From positions 13,621 through 77,620 of the forward strand of contig CAZWPK010000002.1 of the NCBI GenBank assembly GCA_964635905.1: DNA of 64,000 bases, given 5' to 3'. This DNA is from an uncultured Pseudomonadales bacterium (GTDB taxonomy: Bacteria; Patescibacteriota; Microgenomatia; UBA1400; UBA12028). Position numbers and translations under genes: made by a program. Below, piece after piece: positions 1 through 8,898 of the stretch; the first letter of the stretch is position 1; each line of letters opens with the position of its first letter. A model generated the notes under the pieces. The model ran no database searches. It saw nothing but the letters and a program-made list of their open reading frames with translations, and was not told the origin of the DNA.

Positions 1-817
1 TCGCAAAGTTTTCCAACCGTACGTCGGCTGATGCTTGAAAGCCCACTCGAATGACCGTGTTTTTTTTCGTTGCACTTCCTTGAAGGGTAGTACCTAACGT
101 CTCCAGAGCCTGTGCATCCGCATTCAAAAACACTGTCTGGGCACTCGTAAAGAGCGCTTCAAAGGTGCGCAGCATGTCATCAAAGGTAGGATAAATATCA
201 GGATGATCAAAGTTTAGGCTGGTACAGGCAATAATACTGGGATGTTGAAAAATAAAACGTGGGCGATGGTCACTTGTTGGATCCACAGCGTATTCATCTG
301 CTTCAGCCACAAACCATTCACCTGACGTTTCATACGAGCCCGTGCGATCAAGATTAGTAACATTCCCAACGCCGACAGCAAAGGAAGGCTTGTTTTTGGC
401 GACAGAAAGAATCCAGGCAATCATGGCTGAGGTTGTCGATTTCCCCCCAGTTCCACACACACTAATACTCTTCTTTTGATCCATGAATAGGCCCAGTGCT
501 TGCGCGTGGCTAAGTACAGGAAGATTGCGCCGCTTCGCTTCAACTACTTGGGGATTTGCTTGGCCTTGATGGGCACCGGTGTAGATCAACAATTGGGTTG
601 ACGGTGGAACAGTGGCTGCATCAAATCCAACAAAAATTTCGACTGCAAGTTTCTCTAATTGTTTTGCAGTGACAAATTTCTCTGGTAGATCAGATCCTGT
701 GACGATCTTTCCAAGATCCACCAGACACTGTGCCAATGCAGTCATGGCAACCCCTTTAATCCCAGTTAAATGGACTTGGGTTACAGACAGTAAGTCTTGA
801 AATGAAAACTCGGTCAT
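1..817 (-). CDS. murC: UDP-N-acetylmuramate--L-alanine ligase MurC, partial (C-terminus lies beyond window start)
   Basis: Manual minus-strand translation (not in ORF track because it runs off the edge): MTEFSFQDLLSVTQVHLTGIKGVAMTALAQCLVDLGKIVTGSD...VVEAKRRNLPVLSHAQALGLFMDQKKSISVCGTGGKSTTSAMIAWIL. MurC-type N-terminal Rossmann domain plus Mur-ligase P-loop GTGGKSTT. ATG at 817-815, 2 nt after the pgeF stop. Confidence 0.75.
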   Translation of the reverse strand, partial: MTEFSFQDLLSVTQVHLTGIKGVAMTALAQCLVDLGKIVTGSDLPEKFVTAKQLEKLAVEIFVGFDAATVPPSTQLLIYTGAHQGQANPQVVEAKRRNLPVLSHAQALGLFMDQKKSISVCGTGGKSTTSAMIAWILSVAKNKPSFAVGVGNVTNLDRTGSYETSGEWFVAEADEYAVDPTSDHRPRFIFQHPSIIACTSLNFDHPDIYPTFDDMLRTFEALFTSAQTVFLNADAQALETLGTTLQGSATKKNTVIRVGFQASADVRLENFA

Positions 818-819
818 AG

Positions 820-1521
820 TTAGTTGATCCAACACAATACCGAGAAATTCCCTTTATCTTTACTGCTGCGCGATTCTTTTGCCCGTCGATGGGAAAAGAA
901 AATCTCACGCTCTTCATAGGTATCACGGCCATCATTGATGATGCGGGTTGGATCTATCCCTAATTGTACACAAGAGGACTCAATAAAGTGGGGTAGGTCT
1001 ATCGCATATTTCCCTTTTTGGGTTTCGATAGAGCTACTCCAAGATTCTAGTGCGGACTGTATAGGTTTCTCTTCAAAGACGTACGATTCTTTCTGGATGC
1101 AGGGACCAATCCACACCCACAAGTCTTCGGGGTGACTTCCAAAGTTTGCCTGCATCGAGAGAATGGTAATTTGCACACTTCCCATCGTTAACCCTCTCCA
1201 ACCAGCATGGGCAAACCCAATTGCTTTGCGTTTACGATCCACAAACAATAATGGCACACAATCCGCAAACTGGTGCGCCAAGGCAACCTGTTTTTCTTTG
1301 GTTAACAAGATATCTGCAGGAAATTCTATCTGGGTTGTATTCTCCGAAGTCACTACCCAAGTTCTAGTCGCATGTTCATGGAGGGGCAAGATCACAGGAA
1401 TCTTTGAGAGATTCGAAATGGATCGAGCCAATCGATCTGCATCTTCCAGATTTTGAATGGATCCTTCCTCTTTGGAAGACAGGAGGATCGTACACTCTGG
1501 AATTAAAGAGAGAATTTGCAT
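820..1521 (-). CDS. pgeF: Peptidoglycan editing factor PgeF / YfiH (DUF152 laccase-domain) family protein
   Basis: 233-aa ORF with YfiH-family motifs ADCVP and HAGWRG; sits immediately upstream of murC as in many dcw clusters. Confidence 0.8.
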   Translation of the reverse strand: MQILSLIPECTILLSSKEEGSIQNLEDADRLARSISNLSKIPVILPLHEHATRTWVVTSENTTQIEFPADILLTKEKQVALAHQFADCVPLLFVDRKRKAIGFAHAGWRGLTMGSVQITILSMQANFGSHPEDLWVWIGPCIQKESYVFEEKPIQSALESWSSSIETQKGKYAIDLPHFIESSCVQLGIDPTRIINDGRDTYEEREIFFSHRRAKESRSSKDKGNFSVLCWIN

Positions 1522-1523
1522 GA

Positions 1524-1745
1524 TTAGTCTCTGAATCCTTCAGGAACATCTGGACCGGAAACATCCTCTTTAGACATTCGATGATCGCCTGCATCTGGAA
1601 CTAAGTTTGGTACGACTGCACGTTCATTACCAAGAACACCATCATTATGGTCGGCACTACTAGCTACTGCTTTGTAGGCATCTACATGCGGTCTCGCCAG
1701 AGCGACTTCTACGTGTTTTTTTACAGGAGCATTCTCAATTAACAT
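1524..1745 (-). CDS. Hypothetical small protein (73 aa)
   Basis: ORF exactly fills the gap after pgeF; strong Shine-Dalgarno GGGAGGG 5-6 nt upstream of the ATG on the minus strand. No recognisable domain. Confidence 0.5.
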   Translation of the reverse strand: MLIENAPVKKHVEVALARPHVDAYKAVASSADHNDGVLGNERAVVPNLVPDAGDHRMSKEDVSGPDVPEGFRD

Positions 1746-1835
1746 AGTACCCTCCCTTTGCGAAATCCTATACCTCTAGCAATGGCAAGTCAATGTTTGT
1801 GTCCTGGTCACGAAGACTATCCAATTTTTTTGAAT

Positions 1836-2090
1836 TCAACCTCTTGGGATTGGCAGGTGAATGAAAAGGTCATCGGGTACTATCATCTCTGCTTTCTCCC
1901 TAATCAATGGTGCTTGAGGGCATCCTGCTCCAGTAGCCTCAATGGCATGATACATTGTTGTGTGGTACTCCGTTTTAGTGCCGTAGTAAAATTTTTCAGC
2001 ATTTTTCACACCCTCTAGATACGGACAGGTTTCACATCTACGACAAGAGGCCATAGGTCTCCTCCAATATAATAACTGCAAGGGGGTCAA
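1836..2090 (-). CDS. Small ferredoxin-like protein (CxxCxxCP ... CP pattern, possible single [4Fe-4S] cluster)
   Basis: 84-aa ORF preceded by GGAGGAGACCT-ATG (strong SD). Cys pattern SCRRCETCP plus distant GAGCPQAP resembles Bacillus-type single-cluster ferredoxins (CxxCxxC...CP). Confidence 0.45.
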   Translation of the reverse strand: MTPLQLLYWRRPMASCRRCETCPYLEGVKNAEKFYYGTKTEYHTTMYHAIEATGAGCPQAPLIREKAEMIVPDDLFIHLPIPRG

Positions 2091-2239
2091 GTGGTAGCGC
2101 TTAAAGTATCAGGCCGTATCGGTGGGTTTTTAAGTGTCGATGAAGTTGATCTCCTCGCTGTAAGTACGACAAACGAGAATACCCATAGTATCCCGCAAAG
2201 AGACTATTCTTACAAATCTTGAATTTATACTCAGAAGGA

Positions 2240-3244
2240 CTATACTAAAAGTTTCCCCAACTCGACTCCCAACTTGACTTGATCATGTCGGATGACACTG
2301 CGTTTGAGCACGTCACCTTTCTGCGTCTCTTCCTGGACGTGGGAGAGTAACGGAATCCGAATGACCTGAACCGTGGATGGAAGGTTGGCAGTATCCAAAT
2401 CATCGGCAATAGGAATCGAATGCTCTTTTTTATACTGTTGAAGCGTTTCTTCTGGAAACGATGTATCAGAATTAATCATGACCATCGATAGTCGTTCCAG
2501 TGGGATATAGGGGGACAGTTTTGATAGGAAGGTGGAGGCAGTATAGCCTACCGAGTCTCCATACTTCGTCATCAAGTTCACGATAAAAATGATCTTGGCT
2601 TTGGAAGCGGCAATTGCTTCGGGAACCCCTTCAATGACCATATTGGGAATGGTGTTGGTGTAAAAATCGCCTGGTCCAATCAAAATATAATCCGCAGTGC
2701 GCAGAGCTTGATCTGCTTCGGGTGAAATGGTGGCTTTCGGTTCCGTACGCAGTCCAACAATATCCAAGGTTCCATCATGTTCCGGTTCATCAATCAAATG
2801 CTCTCCGACCACTTCTGATCCATCAGCATACGTTGCCACTAAGCGGACATCATCATAGGAAATAGGGAGAATTCTTCCCTTCACCGATAACAGTCGACAG
2901 GTTTCCTCAATGGCTTTTTTTTGAGAACCAACAATGTCGGTGACCGCTGCCAAAAACAAATTCCCAAACGTCATTCCGGCAATTCCATTACCCTGATGAA
3001 AGCGATACATGAAGAGTTTTCGAAGCATGGAGCGATTTCGTGAAAGTGCGACCATGGCTTGCCGAACTCCAGAAGTGGGTAACAGTCCGAATTCATCGCG
3101 CAGAATTCGATTGGAGCCGCCATCATCGACCATGGTCAAAATGGCTGTCAAGCGAACTGGCTTATCACGAAGTGATGACAGTACGGTGTAGCTGCCTGTT
3201 CCTCCACCTAACACCACAACAGAGGGAATGGATGCTGTATCCAT
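2240..3244 (-). CDS. YvcK / CofD-like (UPF0052, gluconeogenesis factor / UDP-sugar binding) family protein
   Basis: VVVLGGGTGSYTVLSSLRD...MVDDGGSNRILRDEFGLLPTSGVRQAMVAL matches the CofD/YvcK signature. Start placed at internal Met (MDTASIP) to avoid a 67-nt overlap with the upstream gene; the ORF track extends to 3313. Confidence 0.8.
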   Translation of the reverse strand: MDTASIPSVVVLGGGTGSYTVLSSLRDKPVRLTAILTMVDDGGSNRILRDEFGLLPTSGVRQAMVALSRNRSMLRKLFMYRFHQGNGIAGMTFGNLFLAAVTDIVGSQKKAIEETCRLLSVKGRILPISYDDVRLVATYADGSEVVGEHLIDEPEHDGTLDIVGLRTEPKATISPEADQALRTADYILIGPGDFYTNTIPNMVIEGVPEAIAASKAKIIFIVNLMTKYGDSVGYTASTFLSKLSPYIPLERLSMVMINSDTSFPEETLQQYKKEHSIPIADDLDTANLPSTVQVIRIPLLSHVQEETQKGDVLKRSVIRHDQVKLGVELGKLLV

Positions 3245-3246
3245 AG

Positions 3247-4452
3247 TTATTTCTCCAATACACTGTGTACCGCTTGTTGGTCGCTCCAGGGATATTCCGT
3301 CGACCCAAAGCACATACTCTTTTCATGTCCCTTCCCGGTGATGAGGATCGTATCTCCGGGGTGTGCAAGTGTGTTTAGGGCAAATTCAATGGCTTTATAC
3401 CGATCTGCGATACTGACTACTTTTTGGTGTCCTGATTGTACACCAGATTTGATCTGGTGAATAATGGACCATACATCTTCTGTCCGCGGATCTTCTGCGG
3501 TCAGAATGACGTGGTCAGCGAGTCGGCTTGCAATCTCCCCCATCATCGGGCGTTTACTGGCATCACGAAGACCGGCACACCCAAAAACCAGGATGAGTTT
3601 ACCAGCATGTCCTTTCCCTCTTTTTGGAGAGGTTTTTGATTGCAACGACAGTAAGGCTTCTTCCAATGCATTGGGAGTGTGGGCAAAATCCACAATAATT
3701 GTAATTCCGCGCTTATTGATAATCTTTTGCATTCTCCCGGCTACTCCAGGAAACTGGAGAATTGCCTGAGAAATGACGCGATCCTTCACGTCGAGCTTTT
3801 TAGCAATGGCGATTGCAAGAGCGCTGTTTTGTCGATTATAGTGCTGATGGCCAAAACGCTTTTCCACCGCCTCCCGTAATTTCTTAGGAATGCGATCAAC
3901 TGCAAAAAGTTGATACGGTTTGGAGGCTGCATCCAGTACAACTTGCAACGCTTCAAAGGAATCCTTGGCGTCCGCATTCACCAGTGCGGTTTGGGAACGC
4001 AATAAGAGTTGTGCTTTCGTGGTCAGATAGTGCGAAAAGGTCTTATGATAGTCTAAATGTTCATGCGTCACATTGGTAATTGCACCGATGAAGGGTTCAA
4101 TCCCCCAGACTCTATTCTGATCGATTCCATGCGAGGTAACCTCTAAGACGACATAGTCATAGCCTTGATCCAAGATTCTTTTGAGTAATCGTTGCAAGGC
4201 GAATGGAGAAGGAGTGGTGACGTGGAAACCGGTGTCGATTTCATCCTGCCCTATAAAGGCTGCGACCGTACTGATCAAGGCTACTTTTAGCCCTGCTTGG
4301 TGCAAAATATGGTAAACCAGTGTGCTTGACGTTGTTTTGCCATCGGTGCCGGTGATTGCGATTACTTTAAGCTTCTTAGAAGGAAAACCAAAGCAGATGT
4401 TTGCTACCACTGCAATGCCTAAATGGACAAGATTTTTGATCTGGCGCACCAT
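3247..4452 (-). CDS. murE: Mur ligase, MurE-like (UDP-MurNAc-L-Ala-D-Glu:diamino acid ligase) lacking the usual N-terminal domain
   Basis: ITGTDGKTTSS P-loop, HVTTP, and C-terminal LVFGCAGLRDASKRPMMG...TAEDPRTED resembling MurE GGDRD/DNPR motifs. Only 401 aa; upstream extension is blocked by the neighbouring ORF end at 4492. Confidence 0.65.
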   Translation of the reverse strand: MVRQIKNLVHLGIAVVANICFGFPSKKLKVIAITGTDGKTTSSTLVYHILHQAGLKVALISTVAAFIGQDEIDTGFHVTTPSPFALQRLLKRILDQGYDYVVLEVTSHGIDQNRVWGIEPFIGAITNVTHEHLDYHKTFSHYLTTKAQLLLRSQTALVNADAKDSFEALQVVLDAASKPYQLFAVDRIPKKLREAVEKRFGHQHYNRQNSALAIAIAKKLDVKDRVISQAILQFPGVAGRMQKIINKRGITIIVDFAHTPNALEEALLSLQSKTSPKRGKGHAGKLILVFGCAGLRDASKRPMMGEIASRLADHVILTAEDPRTEDVWSIIHQIKSGVQSGHQKVVSIADRYKAIEFALNTLAHPGDTILITGKGHEKSMCFGSTEYPWSDQQAVHSVLEK

Positions 4453-4491
4453 GTGGTCATTGTATCATTGTTTGAAGGCTGGAATGAGGAA

Positions 4492-5229
4492 TTATTTATA
4501 ATGTTCTTCAAAGATTTGATGCGTATTAACAGCCACGAACTGATCCGTCGCCGTACTAGCACTGCTTTGCACAGATTCATACAATCGTAACCCGTAGTGA
4601 ACAGCTATATGACCATGTATCGCTGCTAATTTAGCCTGTACAGACTGTCCTGCTTGCGTAGTCTGTACTTCTTGAACAATCGTGGAAACTGAATATTCCG
4701 GCGAGGATTGAGGTGTTAGTTCAGGAGTTGCCCTTGATTTAAGCACCGCCCAGCGATACTTGTCACCAAATATCATCACCATAAATTCTTCAGTCCCTCT
4801 GGTAAGGAAGGAAGTATACGCTGACCCATTAAATCCAAAAGTCGGTACATTGGGGTTAAATGTTCGAAGAGTTGCAATTAACGGTTGAGAACCAGTACTC
4901 TCGAGAGAAGGAGTCGCATCAACACGAATAGTGCCATTTCGTTCAACAGTTCGGTTACCTTGAATTAATTTACCATTTTCAGTATCAACAAGAAGAGCTT
5001 GTGAATGTCTTTTCGACATTTCAGCGGTGACAGCAATCAAATCCTTTGAAATTCCGGAAAGCATTTGCGTATGAATAGCGTCTGGCATCTTATGCAGAGA
5101 TAAACGCCCTTCCAATCCAAGCATACCTATCGCAACCAGGGCTGTTCGCAAATCCTGACTATTCCAGAATTTGATTTCCTTTGTCATGCCAAAATCTCTC
5201 AACAATCTTTCTCGATCTGTAGTAGTCAT
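4492..5229 (-). CDS. Hypothetical protein (245 aa) embedded in dcw cluster
   Basis: Long ORF between ftsI and murE, same strand, tight spacing. No recognisable motif, no obvious TM segment. Confidence 0.6.
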   Translation of the reverse strand: MTTTDRERLLRDFGMTKEIKFWNSQDLRTALVAIGMLGLEGRLSLHKMPDAIHTQMLSGISKDLIAVTAEMSKRHSQALLVDTENGKLIQGNRTVERNGTIRVDATPSLESTGSQPLIATLRTFNPNVPTFGFNGSAYTSFLTRGTEEFMVMIFGDKYRWAVLKSRATPELTPQSSPEYSVSTIVQEVQTTQAGQSVQAKLAAIHGHIAVHYGLRLYESVQSSASTATDQFVAVNTHQIFEEHYK

Positions 5230-5320
5230 AGACCGACGATTATAGCAAAAGCTGTTATTTTTGAAATATGCATGTTAAACCTCACATCATGGTGCACTTA
5301 AAATGAAAAGGATTCTGGAG

Positions 5321-7072
5321 CTACTGGCTGGTTGCCTGCTCAATTCTTCCCACTCCAAACTTTACAAACAAATCTCGTGCAATCTCAAACCAAAGTGGAG
5401 CAGCTGTTTCCGATCCCCACGGAGAACTGGTTGGTTCCACAACCCGTACAAGCATCGAAAATTTCGGGTTCTCCACTGGTGAGAACCCCACAAATGACGC
5501 AATTGTTCTATTTTCATCATAATGTCCTGCAACGGGGATCTGCGCCGTCCCTGTCTTCCCGGCAACGGGGTACTCTTTGGGAAGTGTCCAACGCGCATCC
5601 CCCTGAGAGGCAGCATCGCGCATCATGATGGCCACAGTTTGCGCGGTCTGTGGAGAAATCACGTCACGTACTTTGGTTGGTTTCGTCACATAACGCTCCT
5701 CTCCAGTACGGACTTCTTCCACCACAAATGGTTTGTAAAGAGCGCCACCGTTCGCAATCACGTTGACCGCATTGAGCATTTGGACCATGGTGAGCGCAAT
5801 TCCCTGTCCAAAGGATGCCGTGGCAAGATCAATCTCTCCCCACTCTTTCTCGGCTCGGAGTTTCGGTGTGCCCTCATCTTGAAGATCAATTCCTGTTTTT
5901 TGACCGAGTCCAAAATTCATAAGATAGCTCAAGAATCGCTCTTGGCCAACTTTCTGTGCGATATACACCATGGCGGTGTTGTCTGAGTGTTTAAGACCAT
6001 CGAGAATAGTGGTATTGGGATGGTACTCATTATTCCAGGTCTTGATCGTGTATTTCCCAATGGTTACCGGTCCACTACAACGATCACATTGGGTTTGTGG
6101 GGAAATGAGTCCCAAATCAATGCCTGCGGCAACCGTGAGGACCTTAAAGGTGCTCCCTGGCTCATATCCATCGGCAACAGTAGGGTTCTTAAACAGTAAT
6201 GGATCTGCATCAGAATAACTTGCCGGATCATACGAGGGATAAGAGGCCATCGCCAAGACTTTCCCTGTCATCGGATCCATCACAATTGCATCAGCGGATT
6301 TTGCACCATACCGCTGTACACCCGCTTTGAGATGTTCTTCTACGGTATGTTGGATATCCCGATGGATCGTTAACTGGATATCACGGCTCATCACTTGTGG
6401 TTTGGCTTGCGGAAGTTCGATCGAAATTGGTTGACCTACCGCATCGGAAATCTGCGTAAGTTTACTCCGATTCCCTCGAAGCTCCAGATCGTAGAATCCT
6501 TCCAAACCAAAGTATCCTTTGGATTCACCCGCATCTGTGTTTCCCACAAAGCCTAAGACGTGCGAGAGTAATGTTCCTTCGGGATAGAATCGGGACTGCA
6601 TCGGTTCAAATGTTAAGGCCGTCGAATCAATGGCCTGGATTTCTTCTTTTTGTTTGGCCGTTAACCCAGATTCCAATACAACCCATTTCCGTTTGGGATC
6701 GGAAAGCCTGGAAAGTAACGTAAGCTCCAGTTTCTGTTCCTCCTCACGACGCTTGGTACTGTCGGTCGCCGCTAGTGGACTGGGGGAATAAATCAGAGGT
6801 TCAATTAATCGGGCCACGGTGGATGGCGGTGTGGTCAGAAGATTGGGTCGACCGATTAATCGAAACGTTTCTACACTTAATGCCAACGACTTTTTATCAG
6901 AAGAAATAATTTTGCCACGAAAGGCCTCTTGCGTAGTGGAACGTTCATATTGTGCACGCGCGGCTTCTTTGAGGTCGGATGCTTTAATGCCTTGCCAATA
7001 ATAGAGCCGTGCACCGATGGCCGCAAACCATGCTAAGAAAAATAAAAAGAGTCCAAAAAATCGTTGATTCAT
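5321..7072 (-). CDS. ftsI: Penicillin-binding protein / peptidoglycan D,D-transpeptidase FtsI (class B PBP)
   Basis: N-terminal TM helix, SxxK (STFK), SxN (SDN) and KTG (KTGTA) active-site motifs; position after ftsL. Confidence 0.85.
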   Translation of the reverse strand: MNQRFFGLFLFFLAWFAAIGARLYYWQGIKASDLKEAARAQYERSTTQEAFRGKIISSDKKSLALSVETFRLIGRPNLLTTPPSTVARLIEPLIYSPSPLAATDSTKRREEEQKLELTLLSRLSDPKRKWVVLESGLTAKQKEEIQAIDSTALTFEPMQSRFYPEGTLLSHVLGFVGNTDAGESKGYFGLEGFYDLELRGNRSKLTQISDAVGQPISIELPQAKPQVMSRDIQLTIHRDIQHTVEEHLKAGVQRYGAKSADAIVMDPMTGKVLAMASYPSYDPASYSDADPLLFKNPTVADGYEPGSTFKVLTVAAGIDLGLISPQTQCDRCSGPVTIGKYTIKTWNNEYHPNTTILDGLKHSDNTAMVYIAQKVGQERFLSYLMNFGLGQKTGIDLQDEGTPKLRAEKEWGEIDLATASFGQGIALTMVQMLNAVNVIANGGALYKPFVVEEVRTGEERYVTKPTKVRDVISPQTAQTVAIMMRDAASQGDARWTLPKEYPVAGKTGTAQIPVAGHYDENRTIASFVGFSPVENPKFSMLVRVVEPTSSPWGSETAAPLWFEIARDLFVKFGVGRIEQATSQ

Positions 7073-7395
7073 CGTTTCGCCTGTAAGCTTTGACTGCTCA
7101 TGGCTGTGTCAACGGCGACAATAGATTCAATCGGAACATAGCCTAAGGTTACTGCCTCTTCTTTGACAAACTGTAAAGACTGGGAGGTAGCAATTTGTAT
7201 TTCGTAGGCATCATTTTGTTTCTTTAATGCCAAGCGTTTCATATCCAATGCGTGAATCTCTCCACCGATCGTACTGACAGATGCCGTAGCCATGATATTA
7301 AACAATACGGAAAATAAAAAGAAAGCCATGGGAATGCCAACGAATAGTTTGATAGGTTTTGAAAGGCTCGATGGTTTACTGTTACGTAGTTGCAT
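7069..7395 (-). CDS. ftsL: Cell division protein FtsL-like (small bitopic membrane protein)
   Basis: 108 aa with one TM helix (IKLFVGIPMAFFLFSVLFNIMA) then a coiled-coil-like segment; located between rsmH and ftsI; 4-nt overlap with the ftsI start. Confidence 0.55.
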   Translation of the reverse strand: MQLRNSKPSSLSKPIKLFVGIPMAFFLFSVLFNIMATASVSTIGGEIHALDMKRLALKKQNDAYEIQIATSQSLQFVKEEAVTLGYVPIESIVAVDTAMSSQSLQAKR

Positions 7396-8284
7396 GGTTA
7401 TGTTTTTGTACGGCGCGTAACTTTGCGCTTCGACTCCGTGGATTACGACCTAATTCTTCAGTACTTGGCTCTACAGGCTTTTTGGTTTTTAGGGTACCCA
7501 GTCCTGCAGCTTCCTTTTCTTTCATAAACTGCTTTACCAATCGGTCTTCCCCTTCATGGAAGCTGATGGTTACGAGCATTCCGTCACTTGCTAATGCGTT
7601 AAACGCATCTGGTAAAAAACGCTCAATACTTCCTAGCTCATCATTCACCACGATGCGTAAGGCCATAAACAGCTTTGTGGCGGGATGTAGACGTCCTTCA
7701 CGATGCACAACTTTCTCTACTATGCTTGCTAGCTGCGTGGTGGTTTCAATTGGTTGCTTGGCACGAGCCTGCAAAATTGCTTCTGCAATGATGCGTGCAT
7801 GATGGTCGCCACCAATCTCTTTAATAATGTGCTCCAACTCCTTTTTCCCTAGTGCATTCACTAGATCTTTTGCGAGTACTCCTAATCGCTTATCCATCCG
7901 CATGTCCAGAGTTGCCTCTTTCTCAAACGAGAATCCTCTCTCGGCTAAATCCAGTTGCGGACTCGACACTCCAAAGTCGGCTAACACCCCATAAATATTT
8001 CCAGCTACTTCAGGCTCCAGTCGTTGTACGACTTCTCCAATTCGATCAAAGTTTTCATGGACTAACTTGACCTTTCCTGTCTCTGTCTCTTTGACAAACA
8101 TCCGAAATCCATATCCGATGGCTTGATCATCGCAATCAATGGCGATGACATTCCCACCTCGGATCAAAATCTCTTTACTGTGTCCTCCGCGTCCAAATGT
8201 CGCATCGATGTACCATTTGCCTGGCTTCACATCCAGATATTCAATGGATTCTGTAACTAAAACAGAGTGATGTGTGTCTTCCAT
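7382..8284 (-). CDS. rsmH: 16S rRNA (cytosine1402-N4)-methyltransferase RsmH (MraW)
   Basis: MEDTHHSVLVTESIEYL...YIDATFGRGGHSKEIL is the RsmH signature. Start set at the ATG (MEDTHH) rather than the GTG of the ORF track (8332). Confidence 0.85.
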   Translation of the reverse strand: MEDTHHSVLVTESIEYLDVKPGKWYIDATFGRGGHSKEILIRGGNVIAIDCDDQAIGYGFRMFVKETETGKVKLVHENFDRIGEVVQRLEPEVAGNIYGVLADFGVSSPQLDLAERGFSFEKEATLDMRMDKRLGVLAKDLVNALGKKELEHIIKEIGGDHHARIIAEAILQARAKQPIETTTQLASIVEKVVHREGRLHPATKLFMALRIVVNDELGSIERFLPDAFNALASDGMLVTISFHEGEDRLVKQFMKEKEAAGLGTLKTKKPVEPSTEELGRNPRSRSAKLRAVQKHNHATT

Positions 8285-8396
8285 GGGTTCGCTTTCAGTT
8301 AAGAACCATGAAGAAAGGACAAAAATAAACACCTCGGTTTAATGTCGTCCCCACTTCATGACTCTCTGTTGGTGCTGCAGGTCAACTGCAGCCTAA

Positions 8397-8822
8397 TTAC
8401 AATCCTTCTATCCCTTCAATGACGTCTTCAATCGTGTCACTCACGCGTTCCATATAACTGTGGTAGCGCGCTTGATCCCAGATCTCGATATGATCAAGTG
8501 AGCCGACAAAAACGACATCTTTTTCTAATCCGCCAATACCTTTAAGTTCTTCCGAGAGTCGTAGTCGTCCTTGCGCGTCTACTTCAAGGATCGTGGCATC
8601 GTTGGTCAGAAAGCGCACATATTCACGATTTGCTTTCTTGGTTTCTGCCAAGGCTGTTAACTGTGCTAGTCTTTTTTCCCAAGTCTCCTGATCAAAAATT
8701 GACAAACATCCATCCAAACCGCGGGTGATGATGGCAGTTGCGGACAACTGTTCTCGTAGTTTGGGAGGAAAGCTTACCCGGTTTTTTTCATCGATCCGGT
8801 GATAATACTTTCCAATATACAT
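8397..8822 (-). CDS. mraZ: Transcriptional regulator MraZ
   Basis: MYIGKYYHRIDEKNRVSFPPKLRE matches the MraZ N-terminus, with two DxxxR-type repeats. ATG at 8822; the ORF track begins at an upstream GTG (8840). Confidence 0.8.
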   Translation of the reverse strand: MYIGKYYHRIDEKNRVSFPPKLREQLSATAIITRGLDGCLSIFDQETWEKRLAQLTALAETKKANREYVRFLTNDATILEVDAQGRLRLSEELKGIGGLEKDVVFVGSLDHIEIWDQARYHSYMERVSDTIEDVIEGIEGL

Positions 8823-8825
8823 ACT

Positions 8826-8852
8826 AGGCCTATTTCCCACTTTCTCCCACTT
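8826..8852 (-). promoter_or_regulatory. Putative MraZ operator: two AAAGTGGG direct repeats at 10-bp periodicity directly upstream of the mraZ start codon
   Basis: Minus-strand reading AGAAAGTGGGAGAAAGTGGGAAATAGG...ATG. Tandem 10-mer seen directly; resembles the reported MraZ box consensus AAAGTG[G/T] with 10-nt spacing. Confidence 0.5.
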
Positions 8853-8865
8853 TCTGGTATGTAAT

Positions 8866-8898
8866 TGGTTATAAAGAGTTAAGCCTCAAGAGTCAAGG
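8866..8898 (-). promoter_or_regulatory. Sigma70-like promoter for the mraZ operon (TTGACT-17 nt-TATAAC)
   Basis: Minus-strand TTGACTCTTGAGGCTTAACTCTTTATAACC lies about 45 nt upstream of mraZ. Confidence 0.4.

Noticed and set aside
612-800. Plus-strand 62-aa ORF from the ORF track.
   Set aside because: Manual translation shows the minus strand here encodes a clean MurC N-terminal half in the opposite direction; the plus ORF is a shadow.
2096-2150. tRNA-like D-arm motif (GGTCAAGTGGTAGCGC).
   Set aside because: No matching acceptor stem, anticodon arm or GTTCRANYC T-loop nearby; more likely promoter or terminator sequence.
3245-3313. ORF-track start of the YvcK-like gene at 3313.
   Set aside because: It would overlap the upstream Mur ligase by 67 nt. 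The internal Met (MDTASIP) aligns with YvcK N-termini and gives a 2-nt gap.
5332-6218. Several plus-strand ORFs (98, 154, 82 and 70 aa) inside ftsI.
   Set aside because: Antisense shadows within a well-supported PBP gene; no motifs.
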